From positions 124,001 to 188,000 of the forward strand of contig OZ025676.1 of assembly GCA_964019335.1 (NCBI GenBank): DNA of 64,000 nucleotides, written 5' to 3'. Under the pieces are notes generated by a model that did not search any database, was not told where the DNA came from, and was given only the letters and a program-made list of their open reading frames with translations. The position numbers and the translations under genes are program-made. Origin of the DNA: Diplonema japonicum (Eukaryota > Protista > Euglenozoa: Diplonemea). Shown piece by piece: positions 31,901 to 41,552 of the stretch (positions within the stretch are counted from its first letter, which is position 1; the number at the start of each line of letters is the position of its first letter).

Positions 31901-32794
31901 TGCCCCAGGGGGAGGGGGCGCTGCAGGAAGTGTCACTATCGGTGCAGGGAGAGGGGGCGCCGCAGGAGGCATCACGGAAGGAGCAGAGGGCGGAGGTGCC
32001 CCAGGACCAGGAGGAGCTGCAGGTGCTTTCGGTGCCCCAGAAGGAACAGGGGGTGCTACAGAAGGAGGTGCTCCTGCCACACGTGCTATTGGCACTGCAG
32101 GGGGAGCAGGGGGTGTTGCTCTCGACACTCCAAGAACCTCAGGTGGAGCAGGAGGCGTCGGCAGTGCCCCGAGTGCAGTAGGTGGAGCAGGAGGTGCTGG
32201 CAGAGCACCGAGTGCAGTAGTTGATGGAGGAGAAGCCATTGGTGCTTTTGGTGCTGCAGGAGGGGGAGCTCCCTCAGCGGCTTCCGTCACAGGAGGAGGT
32301 GCTTGGGGCGGTGCAAGCACAGGAGGTGCGGGTGGTACCTTCGATGCGGGGGCTGGCGGCGGGGGTGGTGCTGCTGGCATCGTCGGAGGAGGTACGGCGA
32401 GCTTAGGTGGTGGACTAACAGGGGGCATGACAGCAGGCGGCGGCGGTGGCGGCATCTTTGTCGGGGGCGAGAGTGCAGGGTGCTGAGGCGCACTGACCTC
32501 CGGTGGCTGGAAGTAAAGAAATGCACCTTGGGTGATGGCCGCCTCGCTGCTCAGGTCTTCGTTCGCATCGAGAACTCTGCCGAGTTGCAAGTCACCACCC
32601 GCCCAATTGTTCGGGACCTTTCCAAGAACAGTCCAAACTTTGTAGCTGCTCACGTCATGTTCCAACCTCGCAACCAACTTGGGCATCATAGTTTGCAGGG
32701 TTGGTTTTACCGCAGGGATGGAACATATCAACTTATTTGTGGGAGCCCAATAGGCATCAGGCGCCTTCTCACCGATGAGACGCACGATCACCAT
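28949..32794 (-). CDS. Pro/Ala-rich protein with small globular (ubiquitin-like?) N-terminus and C-terminal coiled coil
   Basis: 1281-aa intronless ORF: ~95-aa globular start, ~520 aa of PAAPP/APKAP repeats, then an E/K/Q-rich heptad region. Confidence 0.8.
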   Translation of the reverse strand: MVIVRLIGEKAPDAYWAPTNKLICSIPAVKPTLQTMMPKLVARLEHDVSSYKVWTVLGKVPNNWAGGDLQLGRVLDANEDLSSEAAITQGAFLYFQPPEVSAPQHPALSPPTKMPPPPPPAVMPPVSPPPKLAVPPPTMPAAPPPPPAPASKVPPAPPVLAPPQAPPPVTEAAEGAPPPAAPKAPMASPPSTTALGALPAPPAPPTALGALPTPPAPPEVLGVSRATPPAPPAVPIARVAGAPPSVAPPVPSGAPKAPAAPPGPGAPPPSAPSVMPPAAPPLPAPIVTLPAAPPPPGAPKAPSAAPPAPSIVPPSVTPAAKAPAIPPPASPKASPPPAPKVAPPAAPPGAPNATPPVAPPAAPKAPPAAHPALTGAPDELAPSAAPALTVAPPAAPPAPFAPKAPAAPPAAPKAVVPPAAPPAPKVVPPAAPPAAPKAPPAAPLALTGAPDELAPSAAPAPSVAPPAPFAPKAPAAPPASPKAVVPPAAPPAPPGAPKLPAPAPPGAHPAPSGGLIASAVPSTTTAPPVPAAPKEPAAPSAGLPAHPVASPTPPALGAPEAPVVSGVPPGAPIAPKAQETPGHPPAPAAPGVPLTLGPEEAPVHPPPPAPMVSSEFPGQHSEAAAETFLEPLSHEKELENAMYTSEMPLDVGLAEEWIPGVIANPDLATPKKSGRLAEWVVGGSPLPLTRMPHEDTVPFIWKTPRPASPPREQLEEQLAAVLSLAVPETPSGVPPAARKTVELLRSVEVDNPFCTTVAQQEAPPIPTSMYNKARTNRRRRRATIEATVEQYKKASAESVKDQPPLRPMSPERMMRATDEACSPARTRTPIMPPGHGATRHAGPASPPLPALVSPRQGTQPQGPQDPVTPPEKRGTQLSATSPRSSPRNREEIPIAVAHTQTPSHAEIQTEPLEEPELPFPAVSRNEDGSWIVTASNQQQVSIAMQHLQQLQPPVPDTHAEDEWIDEKCTMLKELEMGNQMLDEQRKQVRVLELLLKNSMESRAAVQHERAEETELDSEGEKEKEMEEMNVAMLEWKAEKDRMLAAERIRKESMREEIERLGSQLKDVKVERERYAQMEVCSSLGDDVIAGIRKEEAAKYSEQLEEQQQIRSMLEAQIVQLQQQRSESDKKLQFECEREQRAKNELSMIETELERLDDEAAAKRIENQNKKYPKTDEKLAAILQSDDAKRVAAVRSILKRQSEKVIPETASPANLSGMSDSSFMRSSLEAKEFFKWQSHTTHSNPTASTQRLSRKTAEQLLHTPSTLSKRPWAAKHLAMPHQ
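31323..31733 (-). repeat. Intragenic tandem duplication (~200 bp unit) in the Pro-rich gene
   Basis: KAPPAAxxALTGAPDELAPSAAPA...PPAPFAPKAPAAPPAxPKAVVPPAAPPAP occurs twice with high nucleotide identity (~31323-31514 and ~31530-31733). Confidence 0.85.
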
Positions 32795-32927
32795 TGCAAC
32801 ATAGACGCCTGGTGGTGGTGTAATGGCAGTGGTAGGAAGAAAGAAATAGTAAAAAGGAGGAAGCCAGGCCGCTGTAGATGGGGAAAAAAAAAGGAAAAAA
32901 AGAAGAGTGAAAAGAAAAAAAGTATCG

Positions 32928-34946
32928 TCACATCGAGCTTCTTCGCACGCGTGGCTTGGCGATGCAGTACAAGATGATCAGACGTTTAATGCGCAGGAGG
33001 AGCTCGACGACTTCTTCACGGTGGGACGGCGTGAGGAAGTCGAAGGTGCCCATAATGGTGGATTTTGTGAAGTGCATGGAACGCTTGGGAGGGAAGTGTC
33101 TGATTGTGACTTTCTCTTCCGGTTTCTTTCCCCTGCGAATGGCTTCGAGATATGAAGAGGAGAACTCCGCGGCGTAGAATCTCATGTGGTACCCTCTGTA
33201 GGTCACGAGGAAAACGGTTTTCGGGTCGTCGCTCTTCGTGAACTTATGGCAATTCTGCGCAATGGCAAGAAGCTCGCCGGCGATTCGACCGTAATTCTCA
33301 GAGGCAGCGGTTGTACCTGCTTCGTTCGCGACGAAGTACACTGATTGCTTCTTGTCCGGTTTCAACGCAAAAACACCCATGTCTGAATCGCTTCGGATCT
33401 CCTTCTCATGCCTCCCTTCGCCGAACGTCACGGTCAGCCCCGCTTTGGACCGAAACCCAAGATGGACGCCTGACTTTTCATCCCACTTGGCAAAGCCCAA
33501 GACGTGGTGTAGCTCCGCTGCAAAATCCAATGTGTACGTTTCTATATTATTCTCGCATTTTGAGGATTCAGCACGCATAATATGGTAGAGTTTGTAGGCT
33601 AGATTGCGTTGGTTTTTCGGAAGCATATTGCTCTTTTCGATCAAATCGCGGTTGGTGAGCAGCTCGTGAGACAGCTTTCTGCTGATGAATTTATCGGGTG
33701 CCTCGTAAGGCTCGAGGGCGGCCATGGCTTCGGCTGACTCGGGGCTCACGGTGGGGTCGATGAGGTCTTCGATGGTCTGCACTGCGTGGTCGTCGAACGA
33801 TATCCCGAAGAACTTCAACTGGTTGGGCCCCCAGTTCGAGGTGTTGTTGATCTGCTCGTTGTTGTGGAAGTCCTTGGTGGCGTTCATGCGAAGCTTCATC
33901 TCGTCCCATTTCACGGTGAAGGTGGACCCGATCACAGCGATGGGCATCGCACTGAAAATTACACCGAATATCATGGCTGCACTGTTCACGATCTTCCCAA
34001 ACGCCGTTCTCGGTGTATAGTCACCGTATCCCACGGTGGTCATTGTCACAGTGCACCACCACAATGATTCTGGGATCGACACGAAAACAGATTCAGTGCG
34101 GTGGCCGTGCACGTCGTCTACGTAGAACCGTCCGTCTGAAGGGTCATAGGTTCCTTGTTCGCACAGGAAGATCAACGAGCTGAAAAAAATAATACCCAGG
34201 AACAGAAAGAAAAACGGCGGGAGCAGCGCTGGGATCGACATCTTAACGACGTCCAACAAGATCTCTGCACCGTCGTATTTCTTCCCCATCTTCAGAACAC
34301 GGAACACCCTCGCGAGCCTCACCACTCTGATGAACCTGAGGTTCACAGATGATTTCAACGCAAGCTCAACATAATATGGAACAATCGCCAGCAGATCGAC
34401 GATGCTGAAGGGTTCGATCACGTGCTTCAATGGGTTCGGTGATGTTACAAGAACCACCATGTACTCGCAGGTGAAGAACGCCACAAAAACAGTTTCGATG
34501 TAGAACCACATATCCTCACGATTTGCGTTGCCGTACTCGGGGTCGGCAGAGAGGGAAGGGAGCGTCTCAAGCATAAAGGTGATGGTGGAAGCGATGATTA
34601 GGAAGAAGAACCAAAAAGACACCGCCATTGCTGCTCGTGAGCTCGCCGGGTCTGTGAATAATATGTAGACGCGCTCTCTGAGGCTTCCTTGCACTATTGC
34701 GTGATTTTCCCCTTCATGGTCGTCAATTATCGTCGCGCCCAAGGCGTCGCCGATCTCCCCTTCGGTGTCCTCCACCTTTCCCCATGTCACTGCTTTCTTG
34801 GACCCTTTAGGGGCCCGTCTCACGTCGCCTTCTACGTCGCTTTCATCGTCGCTCTTCTCCATGTTCCCCTCCCAGTCGTACACACCACTGCGATGGCTCA
34901 TCACTTCATGGTGCTTCACAGCGGCGCCACCAAAAACCGCGGTCAT
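32928..34946 (-). CDS. Voltage-gated K+ channel (Kv/Shaker-like 6TM, no T1 domain) with C-terminal PD-(D/E)xK-like domain
   Basis: S1-S6 present, S4 LRFIRVVRLARVFRVLK, pore SIPESLWWCTVTMTTVGYGD, S6 AMPIAVI. A ~290-aa globular C-terminal domain follows. Start MTAVFGG at 34946. Confidence 0.92.
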   Translation of the reverse strand: MTAVFGGAAVKHHEVMSHRSGVYDWEGNMEKSDDESDVEGDVRRAPKGSKKAVTWGKVEDTEGEIGDALGATIIDDHEGENHAIVQGSLRERVYILFTDPASSRAAMAVSFWFFFLIIASTITFMLETLPSLSADPEYGNANREDMWFYIETVFVAFFTCEYMVVLVTSPNPLKHVIEPFSIVDLLAIVPYYVELALKSSVNLRFIRVVRLARVFRVLKMGKKYDGAEILLDVVKMSIPALLPPFFFLFLGIIFFSSLIFLCEQGTYDPSDGRFYVDDVHGHRTESVFVSIPESLWWCTVTMTTVGYGDYTPRTAFGKIVNSAAMIFGVIFSAMPIAVIGSTFTVKWDEMKLRMNATKDFHNNEQINNTSNWGPNQLKFFGISFDDHAVQTIEDLIDPTVSPESAEAMAALEPYEAPDKFISRKLSHELLTNRDLIEKSNMLPKNQRNLAYKLYHIMRAESSKCENNIETYTLDFAAELHHVLGFAKWDEKSGVHLGFRSKAGLTVTFGEGRHEKEIRSDSDMGVFALKPDKKQSVYFVANEAGTTAASENYGRIAGELLAIAQNCHKFTKSDDPKTVFLVTYRGYHMRFYAAEFSSSYLEAIRRGKKPEEKVTIRHFPPKRSMHFTKSTIMGTFDFLTPSHREEVVELLLRIKRLIILYCIAKPRVRRSSM

Positions 34947-35038
34947 TTTTCTTTTCTTTTTCCCGTCCCGTGTATTTCTTCCCCCTTTTTTTTTGTTCAA
35001 AAATCTGGAGAGAGAAAAGAAAAAAAAAAAAAAAATGA

Positions 35039-36404
35039 CTATGAAAGGGAGCTACCCGCAAGAGGCGCCCTACGCTTCGTCGTCTTTTGCAGCCATTCGA
35101 ACTCACCAGGTGTGAGGTTCTTCGTTGCGGTAGCCTCGAGTTTCGGCTGGGGGAAAGTTTTAATTTTTTTTTTTTTTTTTTTTTTCTTGTTGACGTACCA
35201 TCTCACGCGGCGTTGCGGGCTCCGGCTCCTGCATGCCTTCAATGGAAAGCGGGACATTGTCAATCCTCTCGCCGAGCAGCCTCTGAGCACCGTCTAGCGC
35301 TTCTTGTTTCTTCCTCGTCTCAAACAGGAGCTGCTTCTTCCGCCCCTCCAGGTACGTCTGCTCCCTTTCCACCAACATCAGTTTACGATATTGCGGCGTG
35401 AGGTATGCATCCATCAAGTACTGATGGCTCTTCACGGGGTGGTTGAATTCAGGTCGCGTCATCTTTAGGTATTTTTTTTTTTTTTTCTTTTACGTATTAT
35501 AATGCAAGATGTATACCGCAGGGTTGAGCTCCTCTCTGTGGCGCATCAGCGCGATTTCTGTGTGCTTCTTTCCGTACCCCAGAACGCCGTACTTCTCAAC
35601 GAAGCTCGTCTCCTCGAAATATTCCTTCTTGTCCTTCATCCGCTGCAGCAGCTCTCCTCGAAGCCAGTCGTTCAATGGCTGCCCCTTTGCCTCTCTTTCC
35701 ATAACGTCACGCACACGAACGGTGGGCAGTATCCCTGACACATCTCTGCCTACTGTACACCCGAGCACCATTACATGTGCTAGCTCGTCGACTGGCATAG
35801 GTGGGACGACCCATTTTGTGTGCGCGCAGTAATCAGCAATGGGCTGCATCACGTGTTCAAGAGGTGCTCCAAGGAGTTGAGTTGGGAACCAGATGGGTCC
35901 AAAGATGTGTCGCCATCCAAATACCCAGTTTGGTCTAAGAATAAGGTAGTTCTTAGGGAATAAGGATTGGATGATGGTCTCAGTTTTAAGCTTGCTGTTG
36001 TAGTACGAACGGAGGGGCTTCTGGAAGCGCGCGCTGTACTGCTGTGCTGAGATGTACCCGAACTTCGACAGGTTCCCGGCTTCCCGGTGGACGAGGTGGG
36101 CGAGGCCGATGTTCAGGTCGCCGTTGACCTCCTCCACGAAGTTGTTGTTCCCTACCCCGAACCGTCCTACGCATGATATGATGGCGTCTGCTTCCCGCAC
36201 CTTTGTCACAAAAGCGTTCTCGTCTCGTAGATCTGCTTGTATCCAGTCCACCTCGTCCGCCCACCTCTCCTTTAGATGCGAAGGCCGTCCGTCTTTGCTG
36301 ACGCTCGCGACCCTAAACCCGACCCGTATCGCCTCTTTGCATATGTTGCTACCAATGAACCCACTGCCCCCTGCCACAAGCATCGACCGCCCGCATCCCG
36401 CCAT
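35039..36404 (-). CDS. Atypical SDR / NAD(P)-binding epimerase family protein (Coq11/NDUFA9-like) with C-terminal extension; exons 36404-35517, 35462-35199, 35146-35039
   Basis: GGSGFIGSNICKEA, WADEVDWIQADL, YYNSK and LRP motifs. Phase-0 introns 35516-35463 (GTATAC...AAAG) and 35198-35147 (GTACGT...CCCAG) join three tracked ORFs in frame (~419 aa). Confidence 0.78.
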
Positions 36405-36532
36405 CCCACTCCCTCCTGGGATAATTTTTGGAGAAACGAATTATATACAAAAAAACTTTTTTTTTTGGTACAATAAAAAGAAGAAGAAAAAAACTACAAT
36501 TTTATTACATTTTTGTATAATGTCAACCAGGG

Positions 36533-37354
36533 TCAAGTGTGTCGCTGGGAGGAGATGAGGGAACGTAGGGTGTCTTGGAGGAGGCCGAGCTCGTCGGTGT
36601 TGGGACGGGATAGTTTCTGCAGCTGGATGTGGTGCAAGATGGAGTCGAGGAGGTGCTGCTCAGCGGAAGGATTTTGATCCGCCTGCTTCTGCACCGCGAG
36701 CCCCTGCTTCGAACGGATCAAATGCCGAAGATGATGCTCCACATCACAGCTGTCAAGCACAGCGGAAGAAGTTTCAGACGGAGACGGCTGACGTGTCGAT
36801 TTGAACTGCGCAGCATTGAACAGGGTCGACCGGGCATCCTGCAAGTCGGTGGAGACAGCATGATACTGCTCAGCCCCGTCAAGGATGGCGAGGCTCGCCC
36901 TCTCTAGTTCTTTTTCAAGATCGAAGATTTTGTTGTTTTTCTGTTGTATGACGGCTTCCAGAGAGGCTGTCATGGTGTTGGCCTCGTTGGCAGCCTCGCG
37001 TTTGGAGGAGAGTGCTGCCTTGTGTTTGGTTTTGGAGGTCGCAAGCTGCTTTTTGAGGTCTTTTATCTTGTCAGTTTTCCTGTTCAGCTCCTCGGTCAAA
37101 ATCTTGACCTTTGAGTCGAGCAGTTGGCTACCGTCGCCCAGCATTCTTTGCAGGCTTTCGTTCTTGCGCTCCAGTTTCTTCAGTTGCCCGTTTGCCATTA
37201 GTTTCCCGTAATACACCCTTACAAGGCCTTGCACCATTGTCCTGGACATCATATGTGAATAATTCGACCGTTTTGCGAGGCTTAAGGGGTCGCTCCAAGA
37301 GACCTTCTTGACGGGGTCTGGTCTTGCCTCGGGTGAGAGGGTTCTCCCGCTCAT
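36533..37354 (-). CDS. Coiled-coil protein of unknown function
   Basis: Start MSGRTLSP at 37354. Long heptad region (LKKLERKNESLQ...IFDLEKELE) with coding-like composition. Confidence 0.75.
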   Translation of the reverse strand: MSGRTLSPEARPDPVKKVSWSDPLSLAKRSNYSHMMSRTMVQGLVRVYYGKLMANGQLKKLERKNESLQRMLGDGSQLLDSKVKILTEELNRKTDKIKDLKKQLATSKTKHKAALSSKREAANEANTMTASLEAVIQQKNNKIFDLEKELERASLAILDGAEQYHAVSTDLQDARSTLFNAAQFKSTRQPSPSETSSAVLDSCDVEHHLRHLIRSKQGLAVQKQADQNPSAEQHLLDSILHHIQLQKLSRPNTDELGLLQDTLRSLISSQRHT

Positions 37355-37375
37355 TTTTGTTTTTTTTGGTTGATC

Positions 37376-37411
<36 letters not shown>

Positions 37412-38136
37412 AACTCCTTGAAATTTTTGAAAAAGAAAAAAAAAACAAAAAAAAGAGAGAGAGAGAGAGAGAAAAAAAGAAAAAGAAAAAAAAAACAAAA
37501 AAATGAAATAAAGGAGGGTAACCCCCCTCTATTTTATCTTACGTTTTTTAAGCACTCATAATGAGATTCTTTTTTAATTTTCTCATAAAAAAATTAAAAA
37601 AATAAAGGGATGGACGGAAAAAGTAGAGAGGGAATGAGTTGAGTGCTTATCCAATTCTTCATTTTTTGTTAACAGGACATATAGAGCAAAAGGAAGAAAA
37701 AAAAAAACTTAGAGGAGACCAAGGGCGCTGTTTTTGACGAGAAAAAATGTCGGAGACACTAGGAAATGGGGAATTTCTTCTTTTTTTTTTCATTCTCATT
37801 TGTTGAATCTTCAATCCCTCCTTTAAAAAAAGAAAGAACAGAGACGGAGAAACCATAATTCCTTTTCTTTTTCCTCCCGTTCTCGAGATATTTTTACCTT
37901 TTCATCATAAAAACAACAACAACAAAAATAAAAGGAGGGGGCATATATAAAAAAAAAAAAAAAGAAAACGGTTAAGTGATAAACAATCCAAACCTTTCTT
38001 GCTTCACCTTCCCTTTAAAAAAAAAAGGAATGGATTTGGTTCTTTTTTTTTTTTTTTTTTTTTTTTTTGCCCCCATCCTTGTTCTCCCCTTATAAATCTT
38101 TCCTTTTAATCATACAAAAAATGTCTTTTTTTTTTT

Positions 38137-39174
38137 TCACGCAAGGGAAAGACGGGTTCCTGGTTTGGGCAGCCCACCCAAGGTTTGACAATTCATCGCG
38201 CCAACCATATTTGCAGTTTTGGCAATTGTGTGAATGGTACGCTCGGGTGCGCCACACGACCAAGGATTTCCTAATAATGCCACCGACGCCAAAACACCAC
38301 CAAAGAATGCATCCCCCGCACCCGTTGTATCCGTAACCGCAGCAAGGCGTGGTGGGGCGAGGGAAATAGCATCCTGCCCAGCAACGGCGATGGAACACCC
38401 CGACGAGCCTTCAGTCAAAGCTACCATTTTCGCATTTGTGTATTCCATCAGCAAACCAGCAAGTTTCTTACCATCAAGACCCCCGACCTCCTCCACAGAA
38501 AGAGGGGAGAGAACGGAAAGAAGCTCCTCGGCAGCATGGCGCGCAGGTTTTAAAATATCCGCTTGACAGACGCATTTCAACAATTCATCCTTGTCTCCCA
38601 AACGAGCCTCGTGAATGGCTACTGAAGGGCTGACATCAACGTCGAGGGCTGTGGCTTGAACATTATTTTTCTTTGCGGAACTGAGGAGTTTTAAAACACC
38701 GTTCAGAGGAACTTGTGAAATTTCTGTTGAGAAAAGTTGTGTCTGCGCGAAAGGAGATGTTAGAGCATCCTTGTTGGACCACAGAGTAGATACTGATTTT
38801 TCCGTGATGGAGGAGGTGCCCCCAGGAGCCATCAAGATGGATCTTTCGCCATCGTCTTGCTTTATTACGTAGGACTCGGAGGTTACGTGTTCCGGGGATA
38901 TGTCGATGAAAGTGGTCGAGATGCCGAGGGTTTCCATTTCCTTTCGTACCAGGTTGCCAGAGGTGTCATTGCCTTGTCTCGCGAGAAGTGCGGTTTGAAG
39001 GCCGAAGGTGTTGGCCCATGCTAGGTGGTTCAGGGTGACACCGCCTACAACCTCCCCGTCGATGATCTTGGTAGAGCTGAAGTACCCCTTTTCCCCTGCT
39101 TTCGGGATCGCTCTGACGGAGAGAAATTTATCCACCACATTTGACCCGCACCCAATTAACCCGAATTTTCTCAT
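38137..39174 (-). CDS. PfkB family carbohydrate kinase
   Basis: N-terminal GSNVVD and GGVTLNHLA, GERSI, and the C-terminal signature DTTGAGDAFFGG. Confidence 0.93.
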   Translation of the reverse strand: MRKFGLIGCGSNVVDKFLSVRAIPKAGEKGYFSSTKIIDGEVVGGVTLNHLAWANTFGLQTALLARQGNDTSGNLVRKEMETLGISTTFIDISPEHVTSESYVIKQDDGERSILMAPGGTSSITEKSVSTLWSNKDALTSPFAQTQLFSTEISQVPLNGVLKLLSSAKKNNVQATALDVDVSPSVAIHEARLGDKDELLKCVCQADILKPARHAAEELLSVLSPLSVEEVGGLDGKKLAGLLMEYTNAKMVALTEGSSGCSIAVAGQDAISLAPPRLAAVTDTTGAGDAFFGGVLASVALLGNPWSCGAPERTIHTIAKTANMVGAMNCQTLGGLPKPGTRLSLA

Positions 39175-39232
39175 TTTTTTTTTTTTTTTTTTAAATCCCT
39201 TTTTTGTTTTTTTTTTTGTTTTTTTGAATTTG

Positions 39233-39273
<41 letters not shown>

Positions 39274-39507
39274 CGAAGGAAAGGTTTTGGTAGTTAAAAA
39301 AAGAGGGTAAGGAGGGCCACGGAATTTTTTTCCCCCCCCGTCTTATGTAAATAAGAGTTTTTATTTTTTTTTATTGTCTCTCTTTTTTTTGTTTGTTTGT
39401 TTTTTTTTTTTTGTTTCGCTTTTCCCCCTTTAAAGGGAAAAAAAAAATCGGAAAAGAAAGAAAAGGAAAAAAAAAAAATAAATAAATAAATCAAAAAAAA
39501 AAAATAT

Positions 39508-39586
39508 ATATATGAGTTAAAGGAAGTCTTTGTGAGACGCCCCCAAAAATATATGAGTTAAAGGAGGCCAGTGTTGGCGGCGCCCT
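39508..39586 (-). repeat. Tandem of a minimal family B copy (39508-39544) and a minimal family A copy (39549-39586)
   Basis: ATATATGAGTTAAAGGAAGTCTTTGTGAGACGCCCCC-AAAA-ATATATGAGTTAAAGGAGGCCAGTGTTGGCGGCGCCCT. The first unit is identical to 50644 onward; the second has 1 mismatch to 46271 onward. Confidence 0.9.
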
Positions 39587-39780
39587 TGAAAAAAAAAAAA
39601 AAAGTACAGGAAACAAGAAAGGAAGATGTGTAAGGGAAAGAGAGGGTAGTGCCTTAATGATCACTATGATAAGGGAGAGATAGATAAGGGTGTGTGCCCC
39701 CTCATCCTGGCATCCCAAAGTAAATGATGGTACACATATATAAAAAAAAAAAAAAAAAAAAAAAACGGGAAAATCTTCTT

Positions 39781-41265
39781 TCACCTGCCATTGAAAGTAA
39801 AATTATCGAACTCAGTTGTTCCAACTTTCTTGACATTGGCCATTGTATGTCTAGCGGGCTCAGACGTAAACTCATCATCAAAATTCAACTTTGCAGGGTC
39901 TGGGGTGAAGGGAACCTTTTTTTTTTTTTTTTTTCTATTTAATTTATTCGTATTGATCACACCGGGAGCTTCTTTTCCATCATGGCCTCCCAATCCATCC
40001 CTTCAAAGAACTTGTGTGCCTTGAATTTGTCAAGGTCTTGCAACCTTTTTTCAGGGTCCCTCTCTAAGAGGCTTCTACACATATCCATTGCAGCCTCTGA
40101 CATCGGTTCGTCAAACACCAACTCTTTTTGCTGAGGGATTTTTTTTTTTTTTTTTTTGCACACCAATATCAACCCGTACATCTCGTTCACATTTTCCGAG
40201 TAGAACGGCGGCAAGCCGCTTATCATCTCGTAAAGAAGAATACCCAACGACCACCTGTCAAAGATATTTCCTTTAGGCAGTGAGGACACTATACCAGTCG
40301 ACTGCCTTACCATGCCCACCACCAGTTAAAAACTCAGGTGCAAGGTACTCGGGTGTACCGCAGAATGTCTTAGCTGTTCGGATATTTTCTTTTTTTTTTT
40401 TCTCCCAAAAAAAAAAAAAAAAAATAAAGACACCATCCTGCCCTTGGATGTTGGGCTTTGCTAGACCGAAATCAGTGATGCAGCAGTTTCCTTCCTTGTC
40501 GAGAACACAGTTTTCCGGTTTGAGGTCTCTATAGATGATGTCCAAGGAGTGTATGTAACCAATAGCAAGGCCAATCTGTGCCGTGTAGTGACGTGCCCAT
40601 TCTTCGGGGAATTTTTCCTTCTGGGAGAGGTGGAAGAAGACCTCGCCACCGGAAAGGAAGTCAAGGATGAGGTACAGCTTATCCGATGTTTGAAACGCGA
40701 AATGCAACTTCACAATGTAAGGATGGTTGATCCGCCCCAGGATGTTCTTCTCCGCTTTGGTGTGCTCCACTAAGTTTTCACGCAAAATGACTTCCTTATT
40801 CATGGCTTTCATTGCGAAGATCTCGCCAGTGTCCTTTTTCTTGACTTGCATGACCTTCCCAAAGGAGCCTTTTCCAACCACGCAGAGCGGCTCGAAATCG
40901 TCCAATCCTACCTTTTTGTCGCCATCGTCGCTGTCATCGCCAGTGGTGTCCAGCCCCTTTTCGGATGACTCTTTGCTGTTCTCTATCGCGGTAACCCACT
41001 CGTTGAGTTCGGATTCTGAAGAGCAGAATAGAGTGTACGATTTTGGCAAGTGTGGACCGGACACTGATATTGACTTCTGCTTTGTGTCCTCCGCCACCAC
41101 CACGTCACTCCCTACAGGAATGCACCCCAGAGGTGCCTCGCCGTTCTCGGGGTTTTGTTTGTAATAATACAGCCTCTTGTTGCTCAGTTCGAACCACCTC
41201 TCCTGGTCCCTCTTGAGCATCCCACCGCCGCTTTTCTTCAACATCCCGCATTTTTCAGGCGCCAT
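39781..41265 (-). CDS. PH-domain AGC kinase (Akt/PKB-like); exons 41265-40434, 40373-40295, 40254-40164, 40130-39963, 39915-39781
   Basis: N-terminal PH domain, GKGSFGKV, FAMK, YRDLKPEN, DFG, TFCGTPEYLAPE, VDWWSLG and hydrophobic motif FDNFTF. Four GT-AG introns (40433-40374, 40294-40255, 40163-40131, 39962-39916) restore conserved motifs. Confidence 0.95.
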
Positions 41266-41431
41266 GCCCTCTTTTTTTTTTTTCTTTTTTTTTTTTCTCC
41301 TCTCTTTTTTTTTTTTTTTTCTTTCCCCCCCCTTTTTTTTTCGCCCCCCGGAATAGGGTGAGTGGAATAATAATAAAAAAAAAATAGAAAAAAAAAAGAA
41401 GAAAAAAAAAACTGGCCAAAATAAAAAGAGA

Positions 41432-41467
<36 letters not shown>

Positions 41468-41552
41468 GTGGACGTATATCGGTTATAGGGCCAAAAAACT
41501 TTTTTTTTTTTTTCCTGGAAAGAAAAAAAAAAAAAATAAAATAATAATAAAT

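Noticed and set aside
31077-32486. 469-aa Gly/Ala-rich plus-strand ORF
   Set aside because: Antisense shadow of the Pro/Ala-rich minus-strand gene.
35160-35462. Independent 100-aa gene
   Set aside because: Better explained as exon 2 of the SDR gene. Its K-rich tail is intron sequence.
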